Source: the human T2T-CHM13v2.0 reference genome, Homo sapiens
Direction: 5' to 3' (one strand)
NCBI RefSeq assembly: GCF_009914755.1
Contig: NC_060943.1
DNA: 64,000 nucleotides
This document shows, piece by piece, positions 1 through 13,749 of the stretch (the first letter of the stretch is position 1; each line of letters opens with the position of its first letter). The notes below the pieces were generated by a model. It ran no database searches, was not told the DNA's origin, and saw only the letters and a program-made list of their open reading frames with translations. The translations under genes and the position numbers were made by a program.

Positions 1-81
1 TTTAACCTTTCTTTTCATAGAGCAGTTAGGAAACACTCTGTTTGTAAAGTCTGCAAGTGGATATTCAGACCTCCTTGAGGC

Positions 82-98
82 CTTCGTTGGAAACGGGA
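82..98 (+). promoter_or_regulatory. CENP-B box (first of ~189, one per dimer)
   Basis: CTTCGTTGGAAACGGGA matches NTTCGNNNNANNCGGGN. It recurs every ~340 bp (422, 762, 1102 ...), with common functional variants ...GGAAGCGGGA and T or A at position 1. Confidence 0.97.
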
Positions 99-123
99 TT
101 TCTTCATATTATGCTAGACAGAA

Positions 124-463
124 GAATTCTCAGTAACTTCCTTGTGTTGTGTGTATTCAACTCACAGAGTTGAACGATCCTTTACACAGAGCAGACTTGA
201 AACACTCTTTTTGTGGAATTTGCAAGTGGAGATTTCAGCCGCTTTGAGGTCAATGGTAGAATAGGAAATATCTTCATATAGAAACTAGACAGAATGATTC
301 TCAGAAACTCCTTTGTGATGTGTGCGTTCAACTCACACAGTTTAACCTTTCTTTTCATAGAGCAGTTAGGAAACACTCTGTTTGTAAAGTCTGCAAGTGG
401 ATATTCAGACCTCCTTGAGGCATTCGTTGGAAACGGGATTTCTTCATATTATGCTAGACAGAA
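124..463 (+). repeat. Representative EcoRI-to-EcoRI 340-bp dimer unit
   Basis: GAATTC at 124 and again at 464; the homologous position in the other monomer reads GATTCT and is not cut. Confidence 0.95.
251..267 (+). promoter_or_regulatory. pJalpha/A-box-equivalent site of the A-type monomer (one per dimer)
   Basis: CAATGGTAGAATAGGAA lies at the position homologous to the CENP-B box (169 bp after box 82, 171 bp before box 422). It resembles the pJalpha motif CTAYGGTGRAAAAGGAA with mismatches. Confidence 0.7.
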
Positions 464-3400
464 GAATTCTCAGTAACTTCCTTGTGTTGTGTGTATTCAA
501 CTCACAGAGTTGAACGATCCTTTACACAGAGCAGACTTGAAACACTCTTTTTGTGGAATTTGCAAGCGGAGATTTCAGCCGCTTTGAGTTCAATGGTAGA
601 ATAGGAAATATCTTCCTATAGAAACTAGACAGAATGATTCTCAGAAACTCCTTTGTGATGTGTGCGTTCAACTCACAGAGTTCAACCTTTCTTTTAATAG
701 AGCAGTTGGGAAACACTCTGTATGTAAAGTCTGCAAGTGGATATTCAGACTTCTTTGAGGCCTTCTTTGGAAGCGGGATTTCTTCATATTCTGCTAGACA
801 GAAGAATTCTCAGTAACTTCCTTGTGTTGTGTGTATTCAACTCACAGAGTTGAACGATCCTTTACACAGAGCAGACTTGAAACACTCTTTTTGTGGAATT
901 TGCAAGTGGAGATTTCAGCCGTTTTGAGGTCAATGGTAGAATAGGAAATATCTTCCTATAGAAACTAGACAGAATGATTCTCAGAAACTCCTTTGTGATG
1001 TGTGCGTTCAACTCACAGAGTTTAACCTTTCTTTTCATAGAGCAGTTAGGAAACACTCTGTTTGTAAAGTCTGCAAGTGGATATTCAGACATCCTTGAGG
1101 CTTTCGTTGGAAATGGGATTTCTTCATATTCTGCTAGACAGAAGAATTCTCAGTAACTTCCTTGTGTTGTGTGTATTCAACTCACAGAGTTGAACGATCC
1201 TTTACACAGAGCAGACTTGAAGCACTCTTTTTGTGGAATTTGCAAGTGGAGATTTCAGCCGCTTTCAGGTCAATGGTAGAATAGGAAATATCTTCCTATA
1301 GAAACTAGACAGAATGATTCTCAGAAACTCCTTTGTGATGTGTGCGTTCAACTCACAGAGTTTAACCTTTCTTTTCATAGAGCAGTTGGGAAACACTCTG
1401 TTTGTAAAGTCTGCAAGTGGATATTCAGACATCCTTGAGGCTTTCGTTGGAAACGGGATTTCTTCATATTCTGCTAGCAAGAAGAATTCTCAGTAACTTC
1501 CTTGTGTTGTGTGTATTCAACTCACAGAGTTGAACGATCCTTTACACAGAGCAGACTTGAAACACTCTTTTTGTGGAATTTGCAAGTGGAGATTTCAGCC
1601 GCTTTGAGGTCAATGGTAGAATAGGAAATATCTTCCTATAGAAACTAGACAGAATGATTCTCAGAAACTCCTTTGTGATGTGTGCGTTCAACTCACACAG
1701 TTTAACCTTTCTTTTCATAGAGCAGTTAGGAAACACTCTGTTTGTAAAGTCTGCAAGTGGATATTCAGACCTCCTTGATGCCTTCGTTGGAAACGGGATT
1801 TCTTCATATTCTGCTAGACAGAAGAATTCTCAGTAACTTCCTTGTGTTGTGTGTATTCAACTCACAGAGTTGAACGATCCTTTACACAGAGCAGACTTGA
1901 AACACTCTTTTTGTGGAATTTGCAAGTGGAGATTTCAGCCGCTTTGAGTTCAATGGTAGAATAGGAAATATCTTCCTATAGAAACTAGACAGAATGATTC
2001 TCAGAAACTCCTCTGTGATGTGTGCGTTCAACTCACAGAGTTCAACCTTTCTTTTCATAGAGCAGTTGGGAAACACTCTGTTTGTAAAGTCTGCAAGTGG
2101 ATATTCAGACTTCTTTGAGGCCTTCGTTGGAAGCGGGATTTCTTCATGTTCTGCTAGACAGAAGAATTCTCAGAAACTTCCTTGTGTTGTGTGTTGTCAA
2201 CTCACAGAGTTGAACGATCCTTTACACAGAGCAGACTTGAAACACTCCTTTTGTGGAATTTGCAAGTGGAGATTTCAGCCGCTTTGAGGTCAATGGTAGA
2301 ATAGGAAATATCTTCCTATAGAAAGTAGACAGAATGATTCTCAGAAACTCCTTTGTGATGTGTGCGTTCAACTCACAGAGTTTAACCTTTCTTTTCATAG
2401 AGCAGTTAGGAAACACTCTGTTTGTAAAGTGTGCAAGTGGATATTCAGACCTCCTTGAGGCCTTCGTTGGAAACGGGATTTCTTCATATTCTGCTAGACA
2501 GAAGAATTCTCAGTAACTTCCTTGTGTTGTGTGTATTCAACTCACAGAGTTGAACGATCCTTTACACAGAGCAGACTTGAAACACTCTTTTTTGGAATTT
2601 GCAAGTGGAGATTTCAGCCGCTTTGAGTTCAATGGTAGAATAGGAAATATCTTCCTATAGAAACTAGACAGAATGATTCTCAGAAACTCCTTTGTGATGT
2701 GTGCGTTCAACTCACAGAGTTCAACCTTTCTTTTCATAGAGCAGTTGGGAAACACTCTGTTTGTAAAGTCTGCAAGTGGATATTCAGACCTCCTTGAGGC
2801 CTTCGTTGGAAACGGGATTTCTTCATATTATGCTAGACAGAAGAATTCTCAGAAACTTCCTTGTGTTGTGTGTTTTCAACTCACAGAATTGAACGATGCT
2901 TTACACAGAGTAGACTTGAAACACTCTTTTTGTGTAATTTGCAAGTGGAGATTTCAGCCGCTTTGAGGTCAATGGTAGAAAAGGAAATATCTTCGTATAA
3001 AAACTAGACAGAATGATTCTCAGAAACTCCTTTGTGATGTGTGCGTTCACCTCACAGAGTTTAACCTTTCTTTTCATAGAGCAGTTAGGAAACACTCTGT
3101 TTGTAAAGTCTGCAAGTGGATATTCAGACCTCCTTGAGGCCTTCGATGGAAACGGGATTTCTTCATATTATGCTAGACAGAAGAATTCTCAGTAACTTCC
3201 TTGTGTTGTGTGTATTCAACTCACAGAGTTGAACGATCCTTTACACAGAGCAGACTTGAAACACTCTTTTTGTGGAATTTGCAAGTGGAGATTTCAGCCG
3301 CTTTGAGGTCAATGGTAGAATAGGAAATATCTTCATATAGAAACTAGACAGAATGATTCTCAGAAACTCCTTTGTGATGTGTGCGTTCAACTCACACAGT

Positions 3401-6400
3401 TTAACCTTTCTTTTCATAGAGCAGTTAGGAAACACTCTGTTTGTAAAGTCTGCAAGTGGATATTCAGACCTCCTTGAGGCCTTCGTTGGAAACGGGATTT
3501 CTTCATATTATGCTAGACAGAAGAATTCTCAGTAACTTCCTTGTGTTGTGTGTATTCAACTCACAGAGTTGAACGATCCTTTACACAGAGCAGACTTGAA
3601 ACACTCTTTTTGTGGAATTTGCAAGTGGAGATTTCAGCCGCTTTGAGTTCAATGGTAGAATAGGAAATATCTTCCTATAGACACTAGACAGAATGATTCT
3701 CAGAAACTCCTTTGTGATGTGTGCGTTCAACTCACAGAGTTCAACCTTTCTTTTCATAGAGCAGTTGGGAAACACTCTGTTTGTAAAGTCTGCAAGTGGA
3801 TATTCAGACTTCTTTGAGGCCTTCCTTGGAAGCGGGATTTCTTCATATTCAGCTAGACAGAAGAATTCTCAGTAACTTCCTTGTGTTGTGTGTATTCAAC
3901 TCACAGAGTTGAACGATCCTTTACACAGAGCAGACTTGAAACACTCTTTTTGTGGAATTTGCAAGTGGAGATTTCAGCCGCTTTGAGGTCAATGGTAGAA
4001 TAGGAAATATCTTCCTATAGAAACTAGACAGAATGATTCTCAGAAACTCCTTTGTGATGTGTGCGTTCAACTCACAGAGTTCAACCTTTCTTTTCATAGA
4101 GCAGTTGGGAAACACTCTGTTTGTAAAGTCTGCAAGTGGATATTCAGACTTCTTTGAGGCCTTCGTTGGAAGCGGGATTTCTTCATGTTCTGCTAGACAG
4201 AAGAATTCTCAGAAACTTCCTTGTGTTGTGTGTTTTCAACTCACAGAGTTGAACGATCCTTTACACAGAGTAGACTTGAAACACTCTTTTTGTGTAATTT
4301 GCAAGTGGAGATTTCAGCCGCTTTGAGGTCAATGGTAGAAAAGGAAATATCTTCGTATAAAAACTAGACAGAATGATTCTCAGAAACTCCTTTGTGATGT
4401 GTGCGTTCAACTCACAGAGTTTAACCTATCTTTTCATAGAGCAGTTAGGAAACACTCTGTTTGTAAAGTCTGCAAGTGGATATTCAGACTTCTTTGAAGC
4501 CTTCGTTGGAAGCGGGATTTCTTCATGTTCTGCTAGAAAGAAGAATTCTCAGTAACTTCCTTGTGTTGTGTGTATTCAACTCACAGAGTTGAACGATCCT
4601 TTACACAGAGCAGACTTGAAACACTCTTTTTGTGGAATTTGCAAGTGGAGATTTCAGCCGCTTTGAGGTCAATGGTAGAATAGGAAATATCTTCCTATAG
4701 AAAGTAGACAGAATGATTCTCAGAAACTCCTTTGTGATGTGTGCGTTCAACTCACAGAGTTTAACCTTTCTTTTCATAGAGCAGTTAGGAAACACTCTGT
4801 TTGTAAAGTCTGCAAGTAGATATTCAGACCTCCTTGGGGCCTTCGTTGGAAACGGGATTTCTTCATATTATGCTAGAGAGAGGAATTCTCAGTAACTTCC
4901 TAGTGTTGTGTGTATTCAACTCACAGAGTTGAACGATCCTTTACACAGAGCAGACTTGAAACACTCTTTTTGTGGAATTTGCAAGTGGAGATTTCAGCCG
5001 CTTTGAGTTCAATGCTAGAATAGGAAATATCTTCCTATAGAAACTACACAGAATGATTCTCAGAAACTCCTTTGTGATGTGTGCGTTCAACTCACAGAGT
5101 TCAACCTTTCTTTTCATAGAGCAGTTGGGAAACACTCTGTTTGTAAAGTCTGCAAGTGGATATTCAGACTTCTTTGAGGCCTTCGTTGGAAGCGGGATTT
5201 CTTCATATTCTGCTAGACAGAAGAATTCTCAGTAACTTCCATGTGTTGTGTGCATTCAACTCACAGAGTTGAACGATCCTTTACACAGAGCAGACTTGAA
5301 ACACTCTTTTTGTGGAATTTGCAAGTGGAGATTTCAGCCGCTTTGAGGTCAATGGTAGAATAGGAAATATCTTCCTATAGAAACTAGACAGAATGATTCT
5401 CAGAAACTCCTTTGTGATGTGTGCGTTCAACTCACAGAGTTCAACCTTTCTTTTCATAGAGCAGTTGGGAAACACTCTGTTTGTAAAGTCTGCAAGTGGA
5501 TATTCAGACTTCTTTGAGGCCTTCGTTGGAAGCGGGATTTCTTCATGTTCTGCTAGACAGAAGAATTCTCAGAAACTTCCTTGTGTTGTGTGTTTTCAAC
5601 TCACAGAGTTGAACGATCCTTTACACAGAGCAGACTTGAAACACTCCTTTTGTGGAATTTGCAAGTGGAGATTTCAGCCGCTTTGAGGTCAATGGTAGAA
5701 TAGGAAATATCTTCCTATAGAAAGTAGACAGAATGATTCTCAGAAACTGCTTTGTGATGTGTGCTTTCAACTCACAGAGTTTAACCTTTCTTTTCATAGA
5801 GCAGTTAGGACACACTCTGTAAAGTCTGCAAGTGGATATTCAGACCTCCTTGAGGCCTTCGTTGGAAACAGGATTTCTTCATATTCTGCTAGACAGAAGA
5901 ATTCTCAGTAACTTCCTTGTGTTGTGTGTATTCAACTCACAGAGTTGAACGATCCTTTACACAGAGCAGACTTGAAACACTCTTTTTGTGGAATTTGCAA
6001 GTGGAGATTTCAGCCGCTTTGAGTTCAATGGTAGAATAGGAAATATCTTCCTATAGAAACTAGACAGAATGATTCTCAGAAACTCCTTTGTGATGTGTGC
6101 GTTCAACTCACAGAGTTCAACCTTTCTTTTCATAGAGCAGTTGGGAAACACTCTGTTTGTAAAGTCTGCAAGTGGATATTCAGACTTCTTTGAGGCCTTC
6201 GTTGGAAGCGGGATTTCTTCATATTCTGCTAGACAGAAGAATTCTCAGTAACTGCCTTGTGTTGTGTGTATTCAACTCACAGAGTTGAACGATCCTTTAC
6301 ACAGAGCAGACTTGAAACACTCTTTTTGTGGAACTTGCAATTGGAGATTTCAGCCGCTTTGAGGTCAATGGTAGAATAGGAAATATCTTCCTATAGAAAC

Positions 6401-7299
6401 TAGACAGAATGATTCTCAGAAACTCCTTTGTGATGTGTGCGTTCAACTCACAGAGTTTAACCTTTCTTTTCATAGAGCAGTTAGGAAACACTCTGTTTGT
6501 AAAGTCTGCAAGTGGATATTCAGACATCCTTGAGGCTTTCGTTGGAAACGGGATTTCTTCATATTCTGCTAGAAAGAAGAATTCTCAGTAACTTCCTTGT
6601 GTTGTGTGTATTCAACTCACAGAGTTGAACGATCCTTTACACAGAGCAGACTTGAAACACTCTTTTTGTGGAATTTGCAAGTGGAGATTTCAGCCACTTT
6701 GAGGTCAATGGTAGAATAGGAAATATCTTCCTATAGAAACTAGACAGAATGATTCTCAGAAACTCCTTTGTGATGTGTGCGTTCAACTCACAGAGTTTAA
6801 CCTTTCTTTTCATAGAGCAGTTAGGAAACACTCTGTTTGTAAAGTCTGCAAGTGGATATTCAGACATCTTTGAGGCCTTCGTTGGAAACGGGATTTCTTC
6901 ATGTTCTGCTAGACAGAAGAATTCTCAGAAACTTCCTTGTGTTGTGTGTTTTCAACTCACAGAGTTGAACGATGCTTTACACAGAGTAGACTTGAAACAC
7001 TCTTTTTGTGTAATTTGCAAGTGGAGATTTCAGCCGCTTTGAGGTCAATGGTAGAAAAGGAAATATCTTCGTATAAAAACTAGACAGAATGATTCTCAGA
7101 AACTCCTTTGTGATGTGTGCGTTCAACTCACAGAGTTTAACCTTTCTTTTCATAGAGCAGTTAGGAAACACTCTGTTTGTAAAGTCTGCAAGTGGATATT
7201 CAGACCTCCTTGAGGCCTTCGTTGGAAACGGGATTTCTTCATATTTTGCTAGACAGAAGAATTCTCAGTAACTTCCTTGTGTTGTGTGTATTCAACTCA

Positions 7300-10200
7300 C
7301 AGAGTTGAACGATCCTTTACACAGAGCAGACTTGAAACACTCTTTTTGTGGAATTTGCAAGTGGAGATTTCAGCCGCTTTGAGTTCAATGGTAGAATAGG
7401 AAATATCTTCCTATAGAAACTACACAGAATGATTCTCAGAAACTCCTTTGTGATGTGTGCGTTCAACTCACAGAGTTCAACCTTTCTTTTCATAGAGCAG
7501 TTGGGAAACACTCTGTTTGTAAAGTCTGCAAGTGGATATTCAGACTTCTTTGAGGCCTTCGTTGGAAGCGGGATTTCTTCATATTCTGCTAGACAGAAGA
7601 ATTCTCAGTAACTTCCTTGTGTTGTGTGTATACAACTCACAGAGTTGAACGATCCTTTACACAGAGCAGACTTGAAACACTCTTTTTGTGGAATTTGCAA
7701 GTGGAGATTTCAGCCGCTTTGAGGTCAATGGTAGAATAGGAAATATCTTCCTATAGAAACTAGACAGAATGATTCTCAGAAACTCCTTTGTGATGTGTGC
7801 GTTCAACTCACAGAGTTTAAACTTTCTTTTCATAGAGCAGTTAGGAAACACTCTGTTTGTAAAGTCTGCAAGTGGATATTCAGATATCCTTGAGGCTTTC
7901 GTTGGAAACGGGATTTCTTCATATTCTGCTAGAAAGAAGAATTCTCAGTAACTTCCTTGTGTTGTGTGTATTCAACTCACAGAGTTGAACGATCCTTTAC
8001 ACAGAGCAGACTTGAAACACTCTTTTTGTGGAATTTGCAAGTGGAGATTTCAGCCGCTTTGAGGTCAATGGTAGAATAGGAAATATCTTCCTATAGAAAC
8101 TAGACAGAATGATTCTCAGAAACTCCTTTGTGATGTGTGCGTTCAACTCACAGAGTTTAACCTTTCTTTTCATAGAGCAGTTAGGAAACACTCTGTTTGT
8201 AAATTCTGCAAGTGGATATTCAGACCTCCTTAAGGCCTTCGTTGGAAACGGGATTTCTTCATATTATGCTAGACAGAAGAATTCTCAGTAACTTCCTTGT
8301 GTTGTGTGTATTCAACTCACAGAGTTGAACGATCCTTTACACAGAGCAGGCTTGAAACACTCTTTTTGTGGAATTTGCAAGTGGAGATTTCAGCCGCTTT
8401 GAGGTCAATGGTAGAATAGGAAATATCTTCCTATAGAAACTAGACAGAATGATTCTGAGAAACTCCTTTGTGATGTGTGCGTTCAACTCACACAGTTTAA
8501 CCTTTCTTATCATAGAGCAGTTAGGAAACACTCTGTTTGTAAAGTCTGCAAGTGGATATTCCGACCTCCTTGAGGCCTTCGTTGGAAACGGGATTTCTTC
8601 ATATTATGCTAGACAGAAGAATTCTCAGTAACTTCCTTGTGTTGTGTGTATTCAACTCACAGAGTTGAACGATCCTTTACACAGAGCAGACTTGAAACAC
8701 TCTTTTTGTGGAATTTGCAAGTGGAGATTTCAGCCGCTTTGAGTTCAATGGTAGAATAGGAAATATCTTCCTATAGAAACTAGACAGAATGATTCTCAGA
8801 AACTCCTTTGTGATGTGTGCGTTCAACTCACAGAGTTCAACCTTTCTTTTCATAGAGCAGTTGGGAAACACTCTGTTTGTAAAGTCTGCAAGTGGATATT
8901 CAGACTTCTTTGAGGCCTTCGTTGGAAGCGGGATTTCTTCATATTCTGCTAGAAAGAAGAATTCTCAGTAACTTCCTTGTGTTGTGTGTATTCAACTCAC
9001 AGAGTTGAACGATCCTTTACACAGAGCAGACTTGAAACACTCTTTTTGTGGAATTTGCAAGTGGAGATTTCAGCCGCTTTGAGGTCAATGGTAGAATAGG
9101 AAATATCTTCCTATAGAAACTAGACAGAATGATTCTCAGAAACTCCTTTGTGATGTGTGCGTTCAACTCACAGAGTTTAACCTTTCTTTTCATAGAGCAG
9201 TTAGGAAACACTCTGTTTGTAAAGTCTGCAAGTGGATATTCAGACATCCTTGAGGCTTTCGTTGGAAACGGGATTTCTTCATATTCTGCTAGAAAGAAGA
9301 ATTCTCAGTAACTTCCTTGTGTTGTGTGTATTCAACTCACAGAGTTGAACGATCCTTTACACAGAGCAGACTTGAAACACTCTTTTTGTGGAATTTGCAA
9401 GTGGAGATTTCAGCCGCTTTGAGGTCAATGGTAGAATAGGAAATATCTTCCTATAGAAACTAGACAGAATGATTCTCAGAAACTCCTTTGTGATGTGTGC
9501 GTTCAACTCACAGAGTTTAACCTTTCTTTTCATAGAGCAGTTAGGAAACACTCTGTTTGTAAAGTCTGCAAGTGGATATTCAGACATCTTTGAGGCCTTC
9601 GTTGGAAACGGGATTTCTTCATGTTCTGCTAGACAAAAGAATTCTCAGAAACTTCCTTGTGTTGTGTGTTTTCAACTCACAGAGTTGAACGACGCTTTAC
9701 ACAGAGTAGACTTGAAACACTCTTTTTGTGTAATTTGCAAGTGGAGATTTCAGCCGCTTTGAGGTCAATGGTAGAAAAGGAAATATCTTCGTATAAAAAC
9801 TAGACAGAATGATTCTCAGAAACTCCTTTGTGATGTGTGCGTTCAACTCACAGAGTTTAACCTTTCTTTTCATAGAGCAGTTAGGAAACACTCTGTTTGT
9901 AAAGTCTGCAAGTGGATATTCAGACCTCCTTGAGGCCTTCGTTGGAAACGGGATTTCTTCATATTCTGCTAGACAGAAGAATTCTCAGTAACTTCCTTGT
10001 GTTGTGTGTATTCAACTCACAGAGTTGAACGATCCTTTACACAGAGCAGACTTGAAACACTCTTTTTGTGGAATTTGCAAGTGGAGATTTCAGCCGCTTT
10101 GAGGTCAATGGTAGAATAGGAAATATCTTCATATAGAAACTAGACAGAATGATTCTCAGAAACTCCTTTGTGATGTGTGCGTTCAACTCACACAGTTTAA

Positions 10201-12690
10201 CCTTTCTTTTCATAGAGCAGTTAGGAAACACTCTGTTTGTAAAGTCTGCAAGTGGATATTCAGACCTCCTTGAGGCATTCGTTGGAAACGGGATTTCTTC
10301 ATATTCTGCTAGACAGAAGAATTCTCAGTAACTTCCTTGTGTTGTGTGTATTCAACTCACAGAGTTGAACGATCCTTTACACAGAGCAGACTTGAAACAC
10401 TCTTTTTGTGGAATTTGCAAGTGGAGATTTCAGCCGCTTTGAGTTCAATGGTAGAATAGGAAATATCTTCATATAGAAACTAGACAGAATGATTCTCAGA
10501 AACTCCTTTGTGATGTGTGCGTTCAACTCACAGAGTTCAACCTTTCTTTTCATAGAGCAGTTGGGAAACACTCTGTTTGTAAAGTCTGCAAGTGGATATT
10601 CAGACTTCTTTGAGGCCTTCGTTGGAAGCGGGATTTCTTCATGATCTGCTAGACAGAAGAATTCTCAGAAACTTCCTTGTGTTGTGTGTTTTCAACTCAC
10701 AGAGTTGAACGATCCTTTACACAGAGCAGACTTGAAACACTCCTTTTGTGGAATTTGCAAGTGGAGATTTCAGCCGCTTTGAGGTCAATGTTAGAATAGG
10801 AAATATCTTCCTATAGAAACTAGACAGAATGATTCTGAGAAATCCTTTGTGATGTGTGCGTTCAACTCACAGAGTTTAACCTTTCTTTTCATAGAGCAGT
10901 TGGGAAACACTCTGTTTGTAAAGTCTGCAAGTGGATATTCAGACCTCCTTGAGGCCTTCGTTGGAAACGGGATTTCTTCATATTATGCTAGACAGAGGAA
11001 TTCTCAGGAACTTCCTTGTGTTGTGTGTATTCAACTCACAGAGTTGAACGATCCTTTACACAGAGCAGACTTGAAACACTCTTTTTGTGGAATTTGCAAG
11101 TGGAGATTTCAGCCGCTTTGAGTTCAATGGTAGAATAGGAAATATCTTCCTATAGAAACTACACAGAATGATTCTCAGAAACTCCTTTGTGATGTGTGCG
11201 TTCAACTCACAGAGTTCAACCTTTCTTTTCATAGAGCAGTTGGGAAACACTCTGTTTGTAAAGTCTGCAAGTGGATATTCAGACTTCTTTGAGGCCTTCG
11301 TTGGAAGCGGGATTTCTTCATATTCTGCTAGACAGAAGAATTCTCAGTAACTTCCTTGTGTTGTGTGTATTCAACTCACAGAGTTGAACGATCCTTTACA
11401 CAGAGCAGACTTGAAACACTCTTTTTGTGGAATTTGCAAGTGGAGATTTCAGCCGCTTTGAGGTCAATGGTAGAATAGGAAATATCTTCCTATAGAAACT
11501 AGACAGAATGATTCTCAGAAACTCCTTTGTGATGTGTGCGTTCAACTCACAGAGTTTAACCTTTCTTTTCATAGAGCAGTTAGGAAACACTCTGTTTGTA
11601 AAGTCTGCAAGTGGATATTCAGATATCCTTGAGGCTTTCGTTGGAAACGGGATTTCTTCATATTCTGCTACAAAGAAGAATTCTCAGTAACTTCCTTGTG
11701 TTGTGTGTATTCAACTCACAGAGTTGAACGATCCTTTACACAGAGCAGACTTGAAACACTCTTTTTGTGGAATTTGCAAGTGGAGATTTCAGCCGCTTTC
11801 AGGTCAATGGTAGAATAGGAAATATCTTCCTATAGAAACTAGACAGAATGATTCTCAGAAACTCCTTTGTGATGTGTGCGTTCAACTCACAGAGTTTAAC
11901 CTTTCTTTTCATAGAGCAGTTGGGAAACACTCTGTTTGTAAAGTCTGCAAGTGGATATTCAGACCTCCTTAAGGCCTTCGTTGGAAACGGGATTTCTTCA
12001 TATTATGCTAGACAGAAGAATTCTCAGTAACTTCCTTGTGTTGTGTGTATTCAACTCACAGAGTTGAACGATCCTTTACACAGAGCAGACTTGAAACACT
12101 CTTTTTGTGGAATTTGCAATTGGAGATTTCAGCCGCTTTGAGGTCAATGGTAGAATAGGAAATATCTTCCTATAGAAACTAGACAGAATGATTCTCAGAA
12201 ACTCCTTTGTGATGTGTGCGTTCAACTCACACAGTTTAACCTTTCTTATCATAGAGCAGTTAGGAAACACTCTGTTTGTAAAGTCTGCAAGTGGATATTC
12301 CGACCTCCTTGAGGCCTTCGTTGGAAACGGGATTTCTTCATATTATGCTAGACAGAAGAATTCTCAGTAACTTCCTTGTGTTGTGTGTATTCAACTCACA
12401 GAGTTGAACGATCCTTTACACAGAGCAGACTTGAAACACTCTTTTTGTGGAATTTGCAAGTGGAGATTTCAGCCGCTTTGAGTTCAATGGTAGAATAGGA
12501 AATATCTTCCTATAGAAACTAGACAGAATGATTCTCAGAAACTCCTTTGTGATGTGTGCGTTCAACTCACAGAGTTCAACCTTTCTTTTCATAGAGCAGT
12601 TGGGAAACACTCTGTTTGTAAAGTCTGCAAGTGGATATTCAGACTTCTTTGAGGCCTTCGTTGGAAGCGGGATTTCTTCATGTTCTGCTA
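7300..12690 (+). repeat. Duplicated ~5-dimer block (~7300-8950 and ~11040-12690; offset 3739 bp = 11 dimers)
   Basis: Shared rare variants in order: CTACACAG, CAGATATCC, CTTAAGGC, CTTATCATAG, TTCCGACC. Confidence 0.85.
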
Positions 12691-13749
12691 GACAGAAGAA
12701 TTCTCAGAAACTTCCTTGTGTTGTGTGTTTTCAACTCACAGAGTTGAACGATCCTTTACACAGAGCAGACTTGAAACACTCCTTTTGTGGAATTTGCAAG
12801 TGGAGATTTCAGCCGCTTTGAGGTCAATGGTAGAATAGGAAATATCTTCCTATAGAAAGTAGACAGAATGATTCTCAGAAACTCCTTTGTGATGTGTGCG
12901 TTCAACTCACAGAGTTTAACCTTTCTTTTCATAGAGCAGTTAGGAAACACTCTGTTTGTAAAGTCTGCAAGTGGATATTCAGACCTCCTTGAGGCCTTCG
13001 TTGGAAACAGGATTTCTTCATATTCTGCTAGACAGAAGAATTCTCAGTAACTTCCTTGTGTTGTGTGTATTCAACTCACAGAGTTGAACGATCCTTTACA
13101 CAGAGCAGACTTGAAACACTCTTTTTGTGGAATTTGCAAGTGGAGATTTCAGCCGCTTTGAGTTCAATGGTAGAATAGGAAATATCTTCCTATAGAAACT
13201 AGACAGAATGATTCTCAGAAACTCCTTTGTGATGTGTGCGTTCAACTCACAGAGTTCAACCTTTCTTTTCATAGAGCAGTTGGGAAACACTCTGTTAGTA
13301 AAGTCTGCAAGTGGATATTCAGACTTCTTTGAGGCCTTCGTTGGAAGCGGGATTTCTTCATGTTCTGCTAGACAGAAGAATTCTCAGAAACTTCCTTGTG
13401 TTGTGTGTTTTCAACTCACAGAGTTGAACGATCCTTTACACAGAGCAGACTTGAAACACTCCTTTTGTGGAATTTGCAAGTGGAGATTTCAGCCGCTTTG
13501 AGGACAATGGTAGAATAGGAAATATCTTCCTATAGAAACTAGACAGAATGATTCTGAGAAATCCTTTGTGATGTGTGCGTTCAACTCACAGAGTTTAACC
13601 TTTCTTTTCATAGAGCAGTTGGGAAACACTCTGTTTGTAAAGTCTGCAAGTGGATATTCAGACCTCCTTGAGGCCTTCGTTGGAAACGGGATTTCTTCAT
13701 ATTCTGCTAGACAGAGGAATTCTCAGTAACTTCCTTGTGTTGTGTGTAT

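Larger units (their letters stand above)
1..3480 (+). repeat. Long-range duplication block A, copy 1 (paired with 17669-21148; offset 17668 bp = 52 dimers)
   Basis: More than 15 rare variants are shared in order, e.g. GCAAGCGG, TTTTAATAG, CCTTCTTTGG, AAATGGGA, GCTAGCAAG, CTTGATGCC, GTTGTCAA, a 1-bp deletion and TTCGATGG. Confidence 0.93.

Noticed and set aside
156-174. Hairpins as Rho-independent terminators or structured ncRNA genes
   Set aside because: The context is eukaryotic satellite, the stems are short and AT-rich, and there is no transcription unit. Alpha-satellite transcripts exist, but none can be delimited from this sequence.
3141-3157. CTTCGATGGAAACGGGA (also at ~20809) as an inactivated CENP-B box
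   Set aside because: The change is at a non-essential N position of NTTCGNNNNANNCGGGN, so it was counted as intact.
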